Shown here one piece after another: positions 1 through 11,827 of a DNA stretch of 64,000 nucleotides. The first letter of the stretch is position 1; each line of letters begins with the position of its first letter. The position numbers and the translations under genes were made by a program. The notes beneath the pieces were generated by a model that was not told the DNA's origin, ran no database searches, and saw nothing but the letters and a program-made list of their open reading frames with translations. Origin of the DNA: Eledone cirrhosa. Its lineage: Eukaryota. Location: the NCBI GenBank assembly GCA_964016885.1, contig OZ024742.1, positions 219,604,001 to 219,668,000 of the forward strand, read 5' to 3'.

Positions 1-2305
1 CCACACTAAAACAGGCAAGGCGGTGCTGGTCGAGCTGGCGCGTGAGTCTGTCTGAAGCCAGGCCGCACTGGATGGCATCCCAAATGCTTTGGGGGGACCT
101 CTACTGGGCTAAGTCCCAGCGGATTCCACATCTCACAGGCGGTCTCACGTTCCTTGATCACAGAGGGTTCCATTGTGTTTTGGAGAACCCTGCTGACGAG
201 GATGCGGCATGAGGTTATCAACGAAAGAAACGCCAGCAAAGCCAGTGAGATCAGGGACCGAAGGCCAAGGCCGCCATACCTGACAGGTAAAGTGGCCTGT
301 TGCCATCCAATGTCATCGAACCTGACGTCGCATATCTCCTTGGCTGCTGCTTGGATACAAGTATCGAGGTCAGCGAGGAGAGATGTCTGAGTGTAGCACG
401 GAGTGCTGCAAAGGGTATGGAGGAACTTCGGCTGGGTCGCTGGTGATCAAGCCCAGTCGTTTTGTGAGGGTCTGGAGTTGTTGGAGCCTAGACTAGATGG
501 TGGAGCGGATGGCTGGCGGGTGGATCGGTGACCCAAGGATAAGGACATCCGCTTTGGGGGGGGGGGGGGTCACTGTACCTGGTGGAGAATGGACAGCATG
601 TCCGAGACGGAGGCTGCAAAGCTTTCAGCATCGAGGCTGACATTCACCACCTCCGACCTCAATGTAGCATCATCCAGATACCAAACGTTGAGAGGAGCCG
701 TGATACTCCGGGCGATGTGGTCTATACCAAGGACAGATGGTCCTGGCATATGCAGTTAAAAGCATTCCTCATGTCAAGCTTGACAATGAGGTGCCTGGAG
801 TCCCTGGATGCCGGTTCCAGTGGGCAGCTGGGAAGAACTGCCTGGCTGCATGTGCGAGTCCTTCACAGCCATCGAACACGCCGACACCCAGTTCAGGTGT
901 TATGAACCTGCAGACCATCTTGGCAGCCAACCTCCAGAAGACATTGCCCACAGCGATGGGGCGTATGCCACCCTCTTTCTTCCTGAGAGCAGTCAGACTA
1001 ACCAAAAAAAAAAAGAGGCCTCGGGCATAAGGGTCCAGGGCGCCATGGATAAGCCTATTGGTGAGTGCCATAATTGCACTCAGAAGGCGGCGCCTGGCCT
1101 CAGCGGAGAGGGGGGGATAGCAACACCTTGTGGCTTGGTCGGAGACCATCAGCACCTCTGCTGCTGCTAGCTGGGAAGGACTTGATGACGGATATTATGT
1201 CTGCATCGGAAGCCACAAGGAGCAAGTGGGGATTGGTTGGGGATATGGGTCTGAGGTCAGCGGGTGGCTCAGGGTGCTTGAGTTGCAGGGTAGCCAGGAC
1301 CTCATTGGTGTGTTGGAGGACAGTGTCCTCTGAGGCGACCACTCTGACTGCGGCCGAGACATCACCCATGGTTAATTTAGTGTTTACGCAGTCATGCAAA
1401 TGCTTGGTGCTGGCCTCAGGGGTGGAGGATTGGGGTCACCCGAGAGTGGGGATGTGGCATCCTTAGGCACACTTGGAATGGGCGCTTGCCCATAGGACGA
1501 AACATTGGCCTTGACAAAGGCTGCTGTCGACCGGTCGCCTCGGTCAGTGCTAGAGCTGGGGAGGCCGAGAGCGAGTGGGGCGAAATAGAAGAGTTGCTCC
1601 CAGTTGTTGGCTCAATTGGAGTCCAGGGCGCTCTCAATGAGAAAGTGAGGGCATCGGCTACCAGCACCTGGGCCGCTCTCGGGATCCTGAGTGGGATCTT
1701 CCGGAGCCGCTTGAGCCAAGCGATGTTGACCAGCGAGGCTTGGGCGTCAGGCAAGCTCGCTGTCTCTTCTGGTGGTGTGCCAGACGGCTGTGGCTGGGCA
1801 GACGAGTGGAAGAGACAGTTTCTGCATCTCCCCGATGCGAGGGCACTGGAGGCTCGATGCATGAAGCCAACACAGGTGAGATGGTGGAAGCGGCTGCACC
1901 CCGAACAGTTCCGGCCCCTCTTCCATCTGTTCGTGGTGCTGCAAGCAGCATCAGGTGTGAGTGGCTGGTTGTCACCAGCCTAAGTGCTAGGCACAACCGT
2001 GTGTGGGTGGAATGGAAAGTGCTGATAAGAGGGCCTCATAGCTCACCTACATCAGATATGGAGGAGTCAGAAGGCAAGAGAGAAAAGAGGGGGTGCATGG
2101 AGGGGGACACACAAGAAGGTAGAATGTTAGCAAATAAATAAATGAATGGATGAATGTACAAAAAAGAAAACAAGGGGTTGTTCCCAGCGGAAAGACCCAG
2201 AGTGCAGCACGCACACATGCGAGCATGGTAGCAGTTAATCCATAGAACCTTGTGGCTAAAGGTGAGTCTTTCAATCCTAAAAAGATATGTTGTTGTTATT
2301 GTCAC
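1..2305 (-). mobile_element. CRE-clade (restriction-like endonuclease) non-LTR retrotransposon copy A, degenerate; 3' part outside the window
   Basis: Frameshifted RT pieces: RIPRAAQVLVADAL, SFPASSSRGADGLRPSH, LTALRKKEGGIRPIAVGNVFWRLAAK, GVGVFDGCEGLAHAAR. These motifs are typical of CRE-clade RT. Confidence 0.85.
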
Positions 2306-3384
2306 TGGCTTAGGTCTAAGGTTTCCGTTTTCCAGGAAAAAATGTCATTTGCGAGCATCTAAAAGGTTAGATTAGTTGATAGCACACGAAATTAAACGAA
2401 GAAAAATAACTATTTCTCAACAATGCGAAAAAAAGAAAAACGAAGTAAAATTTTTCTTTTTTCAAATGAAAGCGAAGGGGCGTGGTGTTTTATAAATTTA
2501 CCAAACTTTTTCCTACTGAAATTGAGGTGGTGTACAATATATTTATCGTCCTATTTGAAAATGGTAGAATAAGGTAATTTGGCTACTATTTCTAGCGGAC
2601 CGAGCAAGTACGTAAAGGCGCCTCCGTCTCCTATAATTGTTTATTTGTTTAGTCATTGTCAACGTCAACAATGCCTCTGCAACAGACATAACTCCCAAGC
2701 CGCAACTATTTGATTTACTACCAAACATTTGTTTGCCACCTAGAATATTTATTTATCCAGTTCTCACGGCTGAGGTTTGTAACTGAAAATTCCAGTTAAC
2801 TATCACGGTAAAGGTCGATTAATTTTTGATGCACACTGTACATTACGTGAGTATTTAAATATCGACACGAATTCACAAAGGTCCATAACTACAGAAACTT
2901 GTTTACTTAATTCCACGATCGCAAGGTTAGTAGAATTAAGTTCATATTTCGTATATCTTACTGATATATGATTACATTGAGTTGGGTTCATATTTTAAAT
3001 AACTTACTACTTTTATAACTTCGTTGATGATTAAATAAATATTATCTTTATAACATTATTAAAGTAGTTTATGGTTAGTGTATCATAAATAGATTAATTA
3101 TACTTAATGGGCGTTACCCCTCATCAGGCAGGCAAAATTAGTTTAATTCTTCAATTTTTAAATATATTTTCAATTTTCGGCACTACAACGCTATTAGCTG
3201 TCAGTCGTGAAAGCAGGCGAAGTGGAGTTTCACGCGTTTTTTATTTTTTTTATTAAAGCATATCGATGTAAGTGGAGTTACTTACATGAAAATATAGGTG
3301 GCCCTTAAAAGGGCCAAATTAGAAAACAAATTTAAGTTAATTAGAAAACAAGTCATGGTTATCAAATAAATTGGATTTAATCAT

Positions 3385-3590
3385 TTATATTTTCATAGTC
3401 ATAGTTATCAATGTAGAAAACAAGTCATTTTCGCCAACAGTGGAATTACTTCTGAACCATATGACTGGTTTAGTTCTAGTTCTTATCCTCGATTTATTTG
3501 ACGTATGGGTGTTTGAATTATAATTATTAGAGTTTCTCTTATATAAGTTATTATTTTTACCAAGATTAATACTTGGATTATTATTAATAT
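3385..3590 (-). mobile_element. Penelope-like (Naiad-type) RT-to-endonuclease linker fragment
   Basis: Asn-rich stretch followed by RIRTRTKPVIWF, resembling the R.R..IWFNPP motif of AT-rich PLEs. Paralog at about 39371-39580. Confidence 0.5.
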
Positions 3591-3595
3591 TCTAT

Positions 3596-4594
3596 ACCAG
3601 ATAGAAAAATGCGTACAGCAAAAAAAAGTAATATTGTTGGAATATAAACCTTAAAAATACAGGACAAGAAACTAAAATAAAGCTTTAAAAGAATAGGACA
3701 AGAAACTAAGATAAATCTTTAAAGAATTGGACAAGAAATAAAAAATTTTACAATAATATTAGTGGCAAAATTTTTATTGGTAAAAAATCGAGTTCCACAT
3801 TCATAGGCTCTCGGTTCCACATTCAGAGGTCGTCGTCAGACCGAGGGGATCATTTGATCCTGGTTTGAACACCAATTGGGCCATAACCATACCCCTATTT
3901 CATCATTCGGCGACACGCCTCATGTGTCATGCATAATGTGAATTGACCCATGGGCCCATGAGCACAGATATTGAGCAGCAGTGGACGGTCTTGTCGTCCC
4001 GCTCATCCTTGATCTTGACCAACCCGTCCATCTTCTTCTTGCATCTTGTCCTTGAGTTCAAGTCCGGCAGTCCAGATGAATGCGTGCCACAGCTTTCTGG
4101 TACAGGAAGGGGGAGCAGGAGGACTGGAGGGTTGACGAGACAGATGGAGGGAGGACCGGTGGTTGAGGGAGGTGCCGTAGTCGGTGGTCAGAGTCGACAT
4201 CTTGTCCCGGTCGTCTTCTCCATCTTCGTCTGGTGTTGGGGGACCAGAAGTGCATTCTTGGAAGAGACCTGCAGCTGCATCGGCCAATTCTTCTTGCACT
4301 GGTCATTCTGACGGAGCAGAACTGCTCAGCCAACCAACCCCAACCAGAACCAACCGCCCAGGGGCAACGCACAATGAGAGCATGACAATTATTATGCACT
4401 AATCAAGAAGATACTGGGGCATAGCACAGGAAACGAATAACAAAATTTTGCCACTAATATTATTGCAAAATTTTTTATTTCTTGTCCAATTCTTTAAAGT
4501 TTTATCTTAGTTTCTTGTCCTATTCTTTTAAAGTTTTATTTTAGTTTCTTGTCCTGTATTTTTAAGGTTTATATTCCAACAATATTACTTTTTT
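3596..4594. mobile_element. Non-autonomous TIR element with about 180-bp inverted repeats and a GC-rich core; right end deleted in copy A
   Basis: 3596-3774 is the reverse complement of 4443-4594. Arms contain 3x GGACAAGAAA subrepeats. Complete in unit B. Confidence 0.8.
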
Positions 4595-5164
4595 ATAATT
4601 GCAATCTAGTTGAGGCAACTGGCTTAATGACAAAGCTAGTAAATCATGAATGCATTTGAGATGATTAGTGCATAATAGTGAATTGGTGAAACTTGTGCAT
4701 TTCAATGGTGTTACGGATAAAAACTGATACTGCTGTCTACGACCTTTATATAGGATTGTCATGTTTCTCTGTATCTGCAATGTGGGTATACAAAATAAGA
4801 ATTATGATATTAACTTTTATTTAAAATCCCCAAAAATGCTGTGCATGAAAACTCCAAAAAGTAATTCTATTTCTATTGATGACCTCTTAGTTGCTCATAC
4901 TAATTTTGTAAAAGATTTCAAGCCAATAATCAGAATGATCTGGTATAATTTTTATGCAGATACATGACTAATTAGTATAAAGGGCCATCCAGATATCATG
5001 TGGACACCGCGAACCAAAAATGGTCACATGATATCTGGATGGCTCCTAAGCATCCCCTCCACATGGCGGGGACATGGGTCATCATCGTAGAGCACTCACC
5101 TATTTTTAAAATATTAGACTATGATAAATGAATTTAGTTAAAAATACAATTTGAAATATATTAG

Positions 5165-5224
5165 ATTACCTCCCCTTGTAATTACCTCCCCTTGTAATTA
5201 CCTCCCCTTGTAATTACCTCCCCT
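5165..5224 (+). repeat. 16-bp minisatellite (attacctccccttgta) x about 3.7
   Basis: Read directly. Only one partial unit at the paralogous site 41281. Confidence 0.9.
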
Positions 5225-5479
5225 CGCGTCACGCTTACTACTCACTCACTTGAACACAAGATTTATCAGCAAACTTTTATTATAAACTTTTTCCCGCTGG
5301 ACCAAATTTCTAGATTTTTAAGGCAAAAGATGCGTAATGATCTACTGTTCATGCTCATATAAGTTTTATCTCAGTTAAATAAAGCAGAGCCGCGCTGTAC
5401 TGTCGTAAACAGACGATTGCCAACGAAAACACGACCACAACAATATTACTAAACGGACTACCGTCCGTTTAGGATTATT

Positions 5480-5824
5480 CACATATCCTGCTCTTTTTAA
5501 CGCGTTGTTGTAGTATTCAGCGTTTTCATCGAATATAGCTTTATTGGCTGATATTTTATTAATTCGTTTTTGCACACTATTTACTATAGCTTTTTTTTTT
5601 TTTTTTACAGATTTAGGGTGATTGGAATGGTTACTAACATAGTTTAAGTTTTCATTGGGCTTATGAAAAGGGTAATAGAAGCCAGTGTTTAAGTTAAACG
5701 TAACGTCTAGGAAATTAACTATTTTGGTACCATTTTCTACTTCTAACTTAAGGTCGTACATTTTAAAGAATTCTATTATACTTTTCTTTACTCTATTTAG
5801 TTCTATATTTTTGTGTTTGACCAC
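5480..5824 (-). mobile_element. Penelope-like element RT C-terminal/thumb fragment (Naiad-type)
   Basis: IVNFLDVTFNLNTGFYYPFHKPNENLNYVSNHSNHP...KRINKIS...YYNNALKRAGY, the characteristic PLE RT C-terminal motifs. Confidence 0.85.
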
Positions 5825-5843
5825 CGTAAATAAAATATATATA

Positions 5844-5871
5844 CTAGACCACCCGTGACCCGTTGGGTCAC
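5844..5871 (-). mobile_element. Helitron 3' terminus (hairpin + CTAG)
   Basis: Minus strand reads gtgaccc-aac-gggtcac gggtggtCTAG|t. Paralog at 41912-41939. Confidence 0.6.
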
Positions 5872-6046
5872 ATTCACTTCAAAATATAAAAAAAAAATAA
5901 TGTTCACTTAAAAATAATTTCTAAATAGTTAAAATATACACAGACATGTATATAATGTGAAATGAAACTGGAGGCTCATATATATCTATATATGTGTGTG
6001 TGTGTATACATGTATATATATAAATGTGTGTGTGTGTATACATGTA

Positions 6047-6946
6047 TCATCATCATAATCTATAAAGCTCAGTGTGTGGTCATGCTCCTTCTTTATAGAA
6101 ATCTACGATATAGAATTTCTTCAATTGAAATTTACAATTCAGTATTCGAAATAGTTTCGATTGCGTCTTGACGCAGATAATTTTTTCAATTTCACCCACA
6201 ATTACGCAAAAAATAGATAAAACTCAATATTTTACGATTTTTCTCTCTCTCATTTAAACTGCTGAACCCTTTCTACTACCATTCAAAATCTATACAACTT
6301 CATACTTTCTGCTACTTTCTCTTTCCAAGCTTGATGGTGATACTGTCCGTTCACTCCACTTCCTACTATCTTAGAAAACACATATCCTCTATGAGGTTAC
6401 TAAACCTGCTAGAAACAGCAGCTAACTCTCCCCCATATCACACCCCTCCTTACTGTCTTAAATTTAGAAAACATATCTTCTATGAGGTCACTAAACCTGC
6501 TAGAAACAGCAGCTAACTCTCCCCCATATCACACCACTCCCTACTGTCTTAAATTTAGGAAACACATATCCTCTATGAGGTCACTAAACCTGCTAGAAAC
6601 AACAGCTAACTCTCCCTCATATCACAACCCTCCCTACTGTCTTAAATTTAGAAAACACACAGACAACTATGCAGATCAACTCCATCGCAGCTCTGTTGTT
6701 CGGCTGGCATCGTCTACGCGCGTGTTGCGCAAGTACTGTGAAACAATAAATTTCAACACTTTTTTGCACAGAGATAATATCCATAGGCGAAACTACAATT
6801 GTCACTGCTGGCGCAGCTCATGCTTCCAGGTCTGCAATTCATTCACCAAGTGCCTGGCAGACAGAAAAGTGCTGCCATAAAATGGGTGGTGCAACCTAAC
6901 TTTTGGTAACTTAATGACCCCGAGCAACGCCGGGCTTTAATGCTAG
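6047..6946 (+). mobile_element. Non-autonomous Helitron H1 with 3 internal units of about 92 bp
   Basis: A|TC start, subterminal hairpin cccgagcaacgccggg, CTAG|T end, no TSD. Absent from unit B. Confidence 0.85.
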
Positions 6947-7301
6947 TATATATATATATAATATAAATATTTACACATACACCAATTAAACAAAGTCGGA
7001 TTTCGTGATTTAGTCCTGGTATGTATATAAGCATTTCTAACATTAATTTTTACCTAATTATGTATGGTTGACCGTGTATTTAATTAATTTCCACGTGCTG
7101 TCGAAATGTTGGGTAAAATATTCTATAGCGGTTGCACGCGAAGACGCCACGATGGAGTATTTATTTACTGTTTCTTCGTAGATGCCTTTTATTCTTATAG
7201 CCTGGTCTAATTGATTTTTTGTGTGGTTAATTGTGCTGATTGAGAGTAGAGATGATGTATATATATTATGAAATAATTCTCTGGACATGCTTTACTCTAT
7301 A

Positions 7302-7347
<46 letters not shown>

Positions 7348-7400
7348 AAATAAAATAATAAGTCAAATATTTAAAATTTGGCTTCGTTTATTAAAGATGT

Positions 7401-7455
7401 ACTGCTATATATATTTCGCTGACAGCCATCATTGGCTGTGACCTTTACAGGCAGG
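7401..7455 (-). ncRNA. Degenerate type I hammerhead ribozyme (inverted partner)
   Basis: ctgc-[ctgtaaa]-ggtcacagcca/atga/tggctgtcagc-GAAA-tatata-TA-gcagt on the minus strand. Confidence 0.55.
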
Positions 7456-7619
7456 TCCGAATTGGTGTGGTAGAGACAAGTACACATGTTGGTAAAGTGT
7501 TTTACTCCGTCAATTTCCTCAGAGAAATCACAACCCAACCAGGAGCTGGGCATATCGGAGTACTGACGGAGTAAAACACTTTAACAACATGTGTACCTGT
7601 CTCTACCACACCAATTCGG

Positions 7620-7674
7620 ACTGCTTGGAGAGGTCACAGCCAATGATGGCTGTCACCGAAATATATATAGCAGT
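7620..7674 (+). ncRNA. Degenerate type I hammerhead ribozyme
   Basis: actgc-[ttggaga for CUGANGA]-ggtcacagcca/atga/tggctgtcacc-GAAA-tatata-TA-gcagt. Stems I and II and the palindromic stem III are present; the core is mutated. Confidence 0.6.
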
Positions 7675-7829
7675 ACATCTTTAATAAACGAAGCCAAATT
7701 TTAAATATTTGACTTAATTATTTTATTTTATTTTACATTACTCCGGAGTAACCAAACCAACCCTCGTACTTCGTCGAGTGCTCCAATCTGCATACTGATG
7801 TGTCGGTAAACAATCAACATATACTCAAA

Positions 7830-7893
<64 letters not shown>

Positions 7894-8144
7894 TAAGAAT
7901 AAAGGAACAAAGAGTCAATGCTGCATCATAACTTATCTAATAACATCTTACATATGTTTCACGGTTGATCATCTCGAGGAACGATCTATTATTGGTCGAA
8001 CCTGAATCTTGAATCGAATGATCATCAGATATGCCTCAATATGTAAGCTCGTCTCTGATTTTGTGTGAATATCTCCAATAGCTTGTTATATTTACCACAT
8101 TCCAACAACGTGGTATTCTGCGGTCTTCGCTCATTGGTTCGTTA

Positions 8145-8602
8145 TCTACTTATATATATAACCAGCAATTTCTCTGTCTGTCTGCCCGACAGTGGAAACA
8201 CGTGCGCGCGTGCGAATGTTTTTTGCGCACGCGTAGACAGAGAGTGAGAGTGAAAGAAAGAGACAGACTACGAGAGGGGTATAGCGGGAGGGAGAGAGGG
8301 AGAGAGAGAGAGTGAATAGACGCTAAAACACGTGCGCGCGTGCGAATGTTTTTTGCGCACGCGTAGACAGAGAGTGAGAGTGAAAGAAAGAGACAGACTA
8401 CAAGAGGGGGATAGCGGGAGGGAGAGAGGGGTGAATTGAGGAGTGCTACAGAAACATATATACGTTTCTGTGTGTGTGTAATATATATATATATACACAC
8501 ACAGAAATATATATACATTTCTGCGTGTGTAATATATATATATATACACACAGAAATATATATATATATACACACACAGAAATATATAGATTTCTGTGTG
8601 TG

Positions 8603-8641
<39 letters not shown>

Positions 8642-8953
8642 GAAATATATATACATTTCTGTGTGTGTAATATATATATATATATACACACAGAGAAATA
8701 TATGGGCATTTCTCTGTTTGTCTGTCTGTCTGTCCCTAAAACTCAAATGTAGGTGCTACAGAAATATTACATTCCCCTTCCTTTCTCCACTTTGGTACTA
8801 CCAAGAGAAACACTGTCGCTATAGAAACATTACCTTCCCCTCTCCACTGACTTTGGTCACTGAGGCCGAGGGAATCGCTGGTTGCTATAGAGACACCTTG
8901 CACAAGCCAAAAGTAACCAGTTCGAGGCGGTTCTGACTTGACACCATGCCAAG
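8145..8953 (+). mobile_element. Non-autonomous Helitron-like element H2 with internal duplication and compound microsatellite
   Basis: A|TCtacttatatata start shared with H3, ctgtctgtctg repeats, ends CAAG (variant) immediately before the H3 start. Confidence 0.55.
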
Positions 8954-9432
8954 TCTACTTATATATAATGGGCATTTCTCTGTTTGTTTGTCTGTCTGTC
9001 CGTCTGTAAAAAATACCAAGGAAACAAATAGACGCGGTTTCAAATCTCAATGCTTTTCAAATTCATTACATTAATCTTTATTTATACGTTTCGCTTTACG
9101 AATGTTTCGAGTTACGAGTGTTTCGGCTTATCATTATATATAAACGTTTCTATTTCCATTATTTTATCGTAAACGTTTATATACTTCCATCGTTATATCA
9201 TAACGTTTATATTTCCGTCACTAATCTCTTTTTCTCCTTTTTCGTTTTAACATATATTTATTTCAAAGATTTCACCGTATAGATAACATATATATTTATA
9301 CATGCATAAAAGACACACCGAGAGACGGTGAACATGTGGTGCCGAAAACATTTCTCATCCAAATCTCAACAATATCAGCATATACACTAGATTTGCTAGC
9401 AGAAAACCGCCCACCGGGTGGTTTTCTCCTAG
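8954..9432 (+). mobile_element. Non-autonomous Helitron H3
   Basis: TCtacttatatata start, hairpin agaaaaccgccc-acc-gggtggttttct, then CTAG at 9429-9432. Confidence 0.7.
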
Positions 9433-9842
9433 TCTATATATCTAAAACAGAGAATGTCTGTCTGACTCCCTAAAACTCGAGAACCACCCAATCGCTTTTT
9501 TTCAAACTCTACACGTGTAATACTTGTGGTCGTGTGAGTGTTTTGAGCAAAAAATATTTCAAATTTTCAATGCCCTAGGGACCGCATTAGGCGCCGGTTA
9601 GCGATCTCTCTATCTTTCTTAGTCTGTCTTTTTAGATAGATACATAGCTATAACGTCGCGCCCTTATAATATCTGTCCGCATTACGACATTATGACACTA
9701 TATGTGTATATATATATATATATATAGTGTGTGTGAAACGTTTTTCGAAATATGTACTTCTGCGTTCACAGATTGATTTTTTTAGTTTCAGAAGATCCCG
9801 TTAAGGGTGAAAGTAGCGATTCTTCGCTTAAACTTTAATCTG

Positions 9843-9879
<37 letters not shown>

Positions 9880-10315
9880 TATATTCGTGTACAGATATTT
9901 TTGCATACACAATAACAAAATATAAACAAACGTATTTATTTCAAGAGGTTCGATAAGGATAAATATATATCAAATATATAACAACCCTAGAGCAAATATT
10001 GTTCTCATTTCTGACGAGGCAGAAGGGGATATACACGATTGGCTAAAGAAAGACGAGACTGTGTTAGTAGTACAACCAACGGCTGCTATCACACCAACAG
10101 CAGTAAAAACAACAACAAAAAAGAGAGAGAACGCAATTACATGCTTTTGAAAAACCTTAATGGAAAATTATTTGCCGATTCACCCAAGACGACTTCACTT
10201 TTTATTAGGACTTCTGCATCAATTGGTGAAAATACGACGAAACTGTTTCAGAGAGGAGGGATAAACATGCCAAACTATGTTTAGAATCCCGAGCAACGCC
10301 GGGCCATTCTGCTAG
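9433..10315 (+). mobile_element. Non-autonomous Helitron H4
   Basis: TCtatatatctaaa start directly after the H3 CTAG; ends cccgagcaacgccggg...CTAG (10312-10315). Confidence 0.8.
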
Positions 10316-11313
10316 TAATCTATAAAGCTCAGTGTGTGGTCATGCTCCTTCGTTATAGAAATCTACGACATAGAATTTCTTCAATTGAAATTTACAATTC
10401 AGTAGTCGAAATAGTTTCGATTGCGTCTTGACGCAGATAATTTTTTCAATTTCACCCACAATTACGCAAAAAATAGATAAAACTCAATATTTTACGATTT
10501 TTCTCTCTCTCATTTAAACTGCTGAACCCTTTCTACCATTCAAAATCTATACAACTTCATACTTTCTGCTACTTTCTCTTTCCAAGCTTGATGGTGATAC
10601 TGTCCGTTCACACCACTTCCTACTGTCTTAAATTTAGAAAACAGATATCCTCTATGAGGTTACTAAACCTGCTAGAAACAGCAGCTAACTGTCCCCCATA
10701 TCACACCCCTCCCCACACCACTCCCTACTGTCTTACATTTAGAAAACACATATCCTCTATGAGGTTACTAAACCTGCTAGAAACAGCAGCTAACTCTCCC
10801 CTATATCACACCCCTCCCTACTGTCTTAAATTTAGAAAACATATCTTCTATGAGGTCACTAAACCTGCTAGAAACAGCAGCTAACTCTCCCCCATATTAC
10901 ACCACTCTCTACTGTCTTAAATTTAGAAAACACATATCCTCTATGAGGTCACCAAACCTGCTAGAAACAACAGCTAACTCTCCCTCATATCACAACCCTC
11001 CCTACTGTCTTAAATTTAGAAAACACACAGACAACCATGCAGAACAACTCCATCGCAGCTCTGTTGTTCGGCTGGCATCGTCTACGCGTGTGTTGCGCAA
11101 GTACTGTGAAACAATAAATTTCAACACTTTTTTGCACAGAGATAATATCCATAGGCGAAACTACAATTGTCACTGCTGGCACAGCTCATGCTTCCAGGTC
11201 TGCAATTCATTCACCAAGTGCCTGGCAGACAAAAAAGTGCTGCCATAAAATGGGTGGTGCAACCTAACTTTGGTAACTTAATGACCCCGAGCAACGCCGG
11301 GCTTTAATGCTAG
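10316..11313 (+). mobile_element. Non-autonomous Helitron H5 (same family as H1, 4 internal units of about 92 bp)
   Basis: Near-identical to 6056-6946 with one extra repeat unit; hairpin + CTAG|T end. Confidence 0.85.
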
Positions 11314-11827
11314 TATATTATATATATATGTATGTGTGTATAGTGGGTGTCTTTGATCTATATACAGTAGTTAAGGACACACACACACACATATATACAC
11401 ACAACACCACCACCAGCTCTCTCTCTCTCTCTCTCTTCCATTCTCTCTCACAACCACTATCTCTTTCTCTCTCTCTGTTTATAAAGGTACCTGGAAAAAC
11501 CCCATATCTCGGGAACCCGTGCTCTAATTTACACGAAACTTGTTTTATTTCATTTGTATTCCCATTTCATGGTCAACTTTCTTTCAAAGTATTTTCCCAT
11601 TATGTGCCGTTTTGGCTGTATTACATTACAGACAAGCAAGCAAGCAATCAGAGTTTTAGTGGTAGTAGTAGTAAACGGCTTCCACTGTATTATGTATTTT
11701 TCTCTGAAAGTTCCATCATGATTAATTTACATAACCAGTATTGATATACATGTATCGTTGATGTTCATATTTGTGGTGTTATTCAAAATGGAATGTAAAT
11801 TATTCGATTAATGACTGATATAAATAA

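Larger units (their letters stand above)
7341..7735. repeat. Long palindrome (arms about 170 bp, 51-nt spacer); probable inverted Penelope pLTR pair
   Basis: 7341-7512 is reverse-complementary to 7564-7735. It lies between (TA)n tracts, and each arm holds a degenerate hammerhead. Confidence 0.8.

Noticed and set aside
154-2141. Plus-strand ORFs over the CRE element (and paralogs at 35478-38126 and 62639-63813)
   Set aside because: Antisense shadows of a GC-rich retrotransposon ORF with no domain signal.
6370-6660. CRISPR-like array or repeat-protein ORFs (LLETAANSPPYH)
   Set aside because: The units of about 92 bp are contiguous with no unique spacers, lie inside a Helitron in eukaryotic DNA, and the ORFs are by-products.
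8150-8936. Long ORFs rich in Y, I, C and V
   Set aside because: Translations of TA/CA compound microsatellite.
10011-10065. Hammerhead at CTGACGA...GAAA
   Set aside because: No stem II or stem I pairing could be formed around the boxes.
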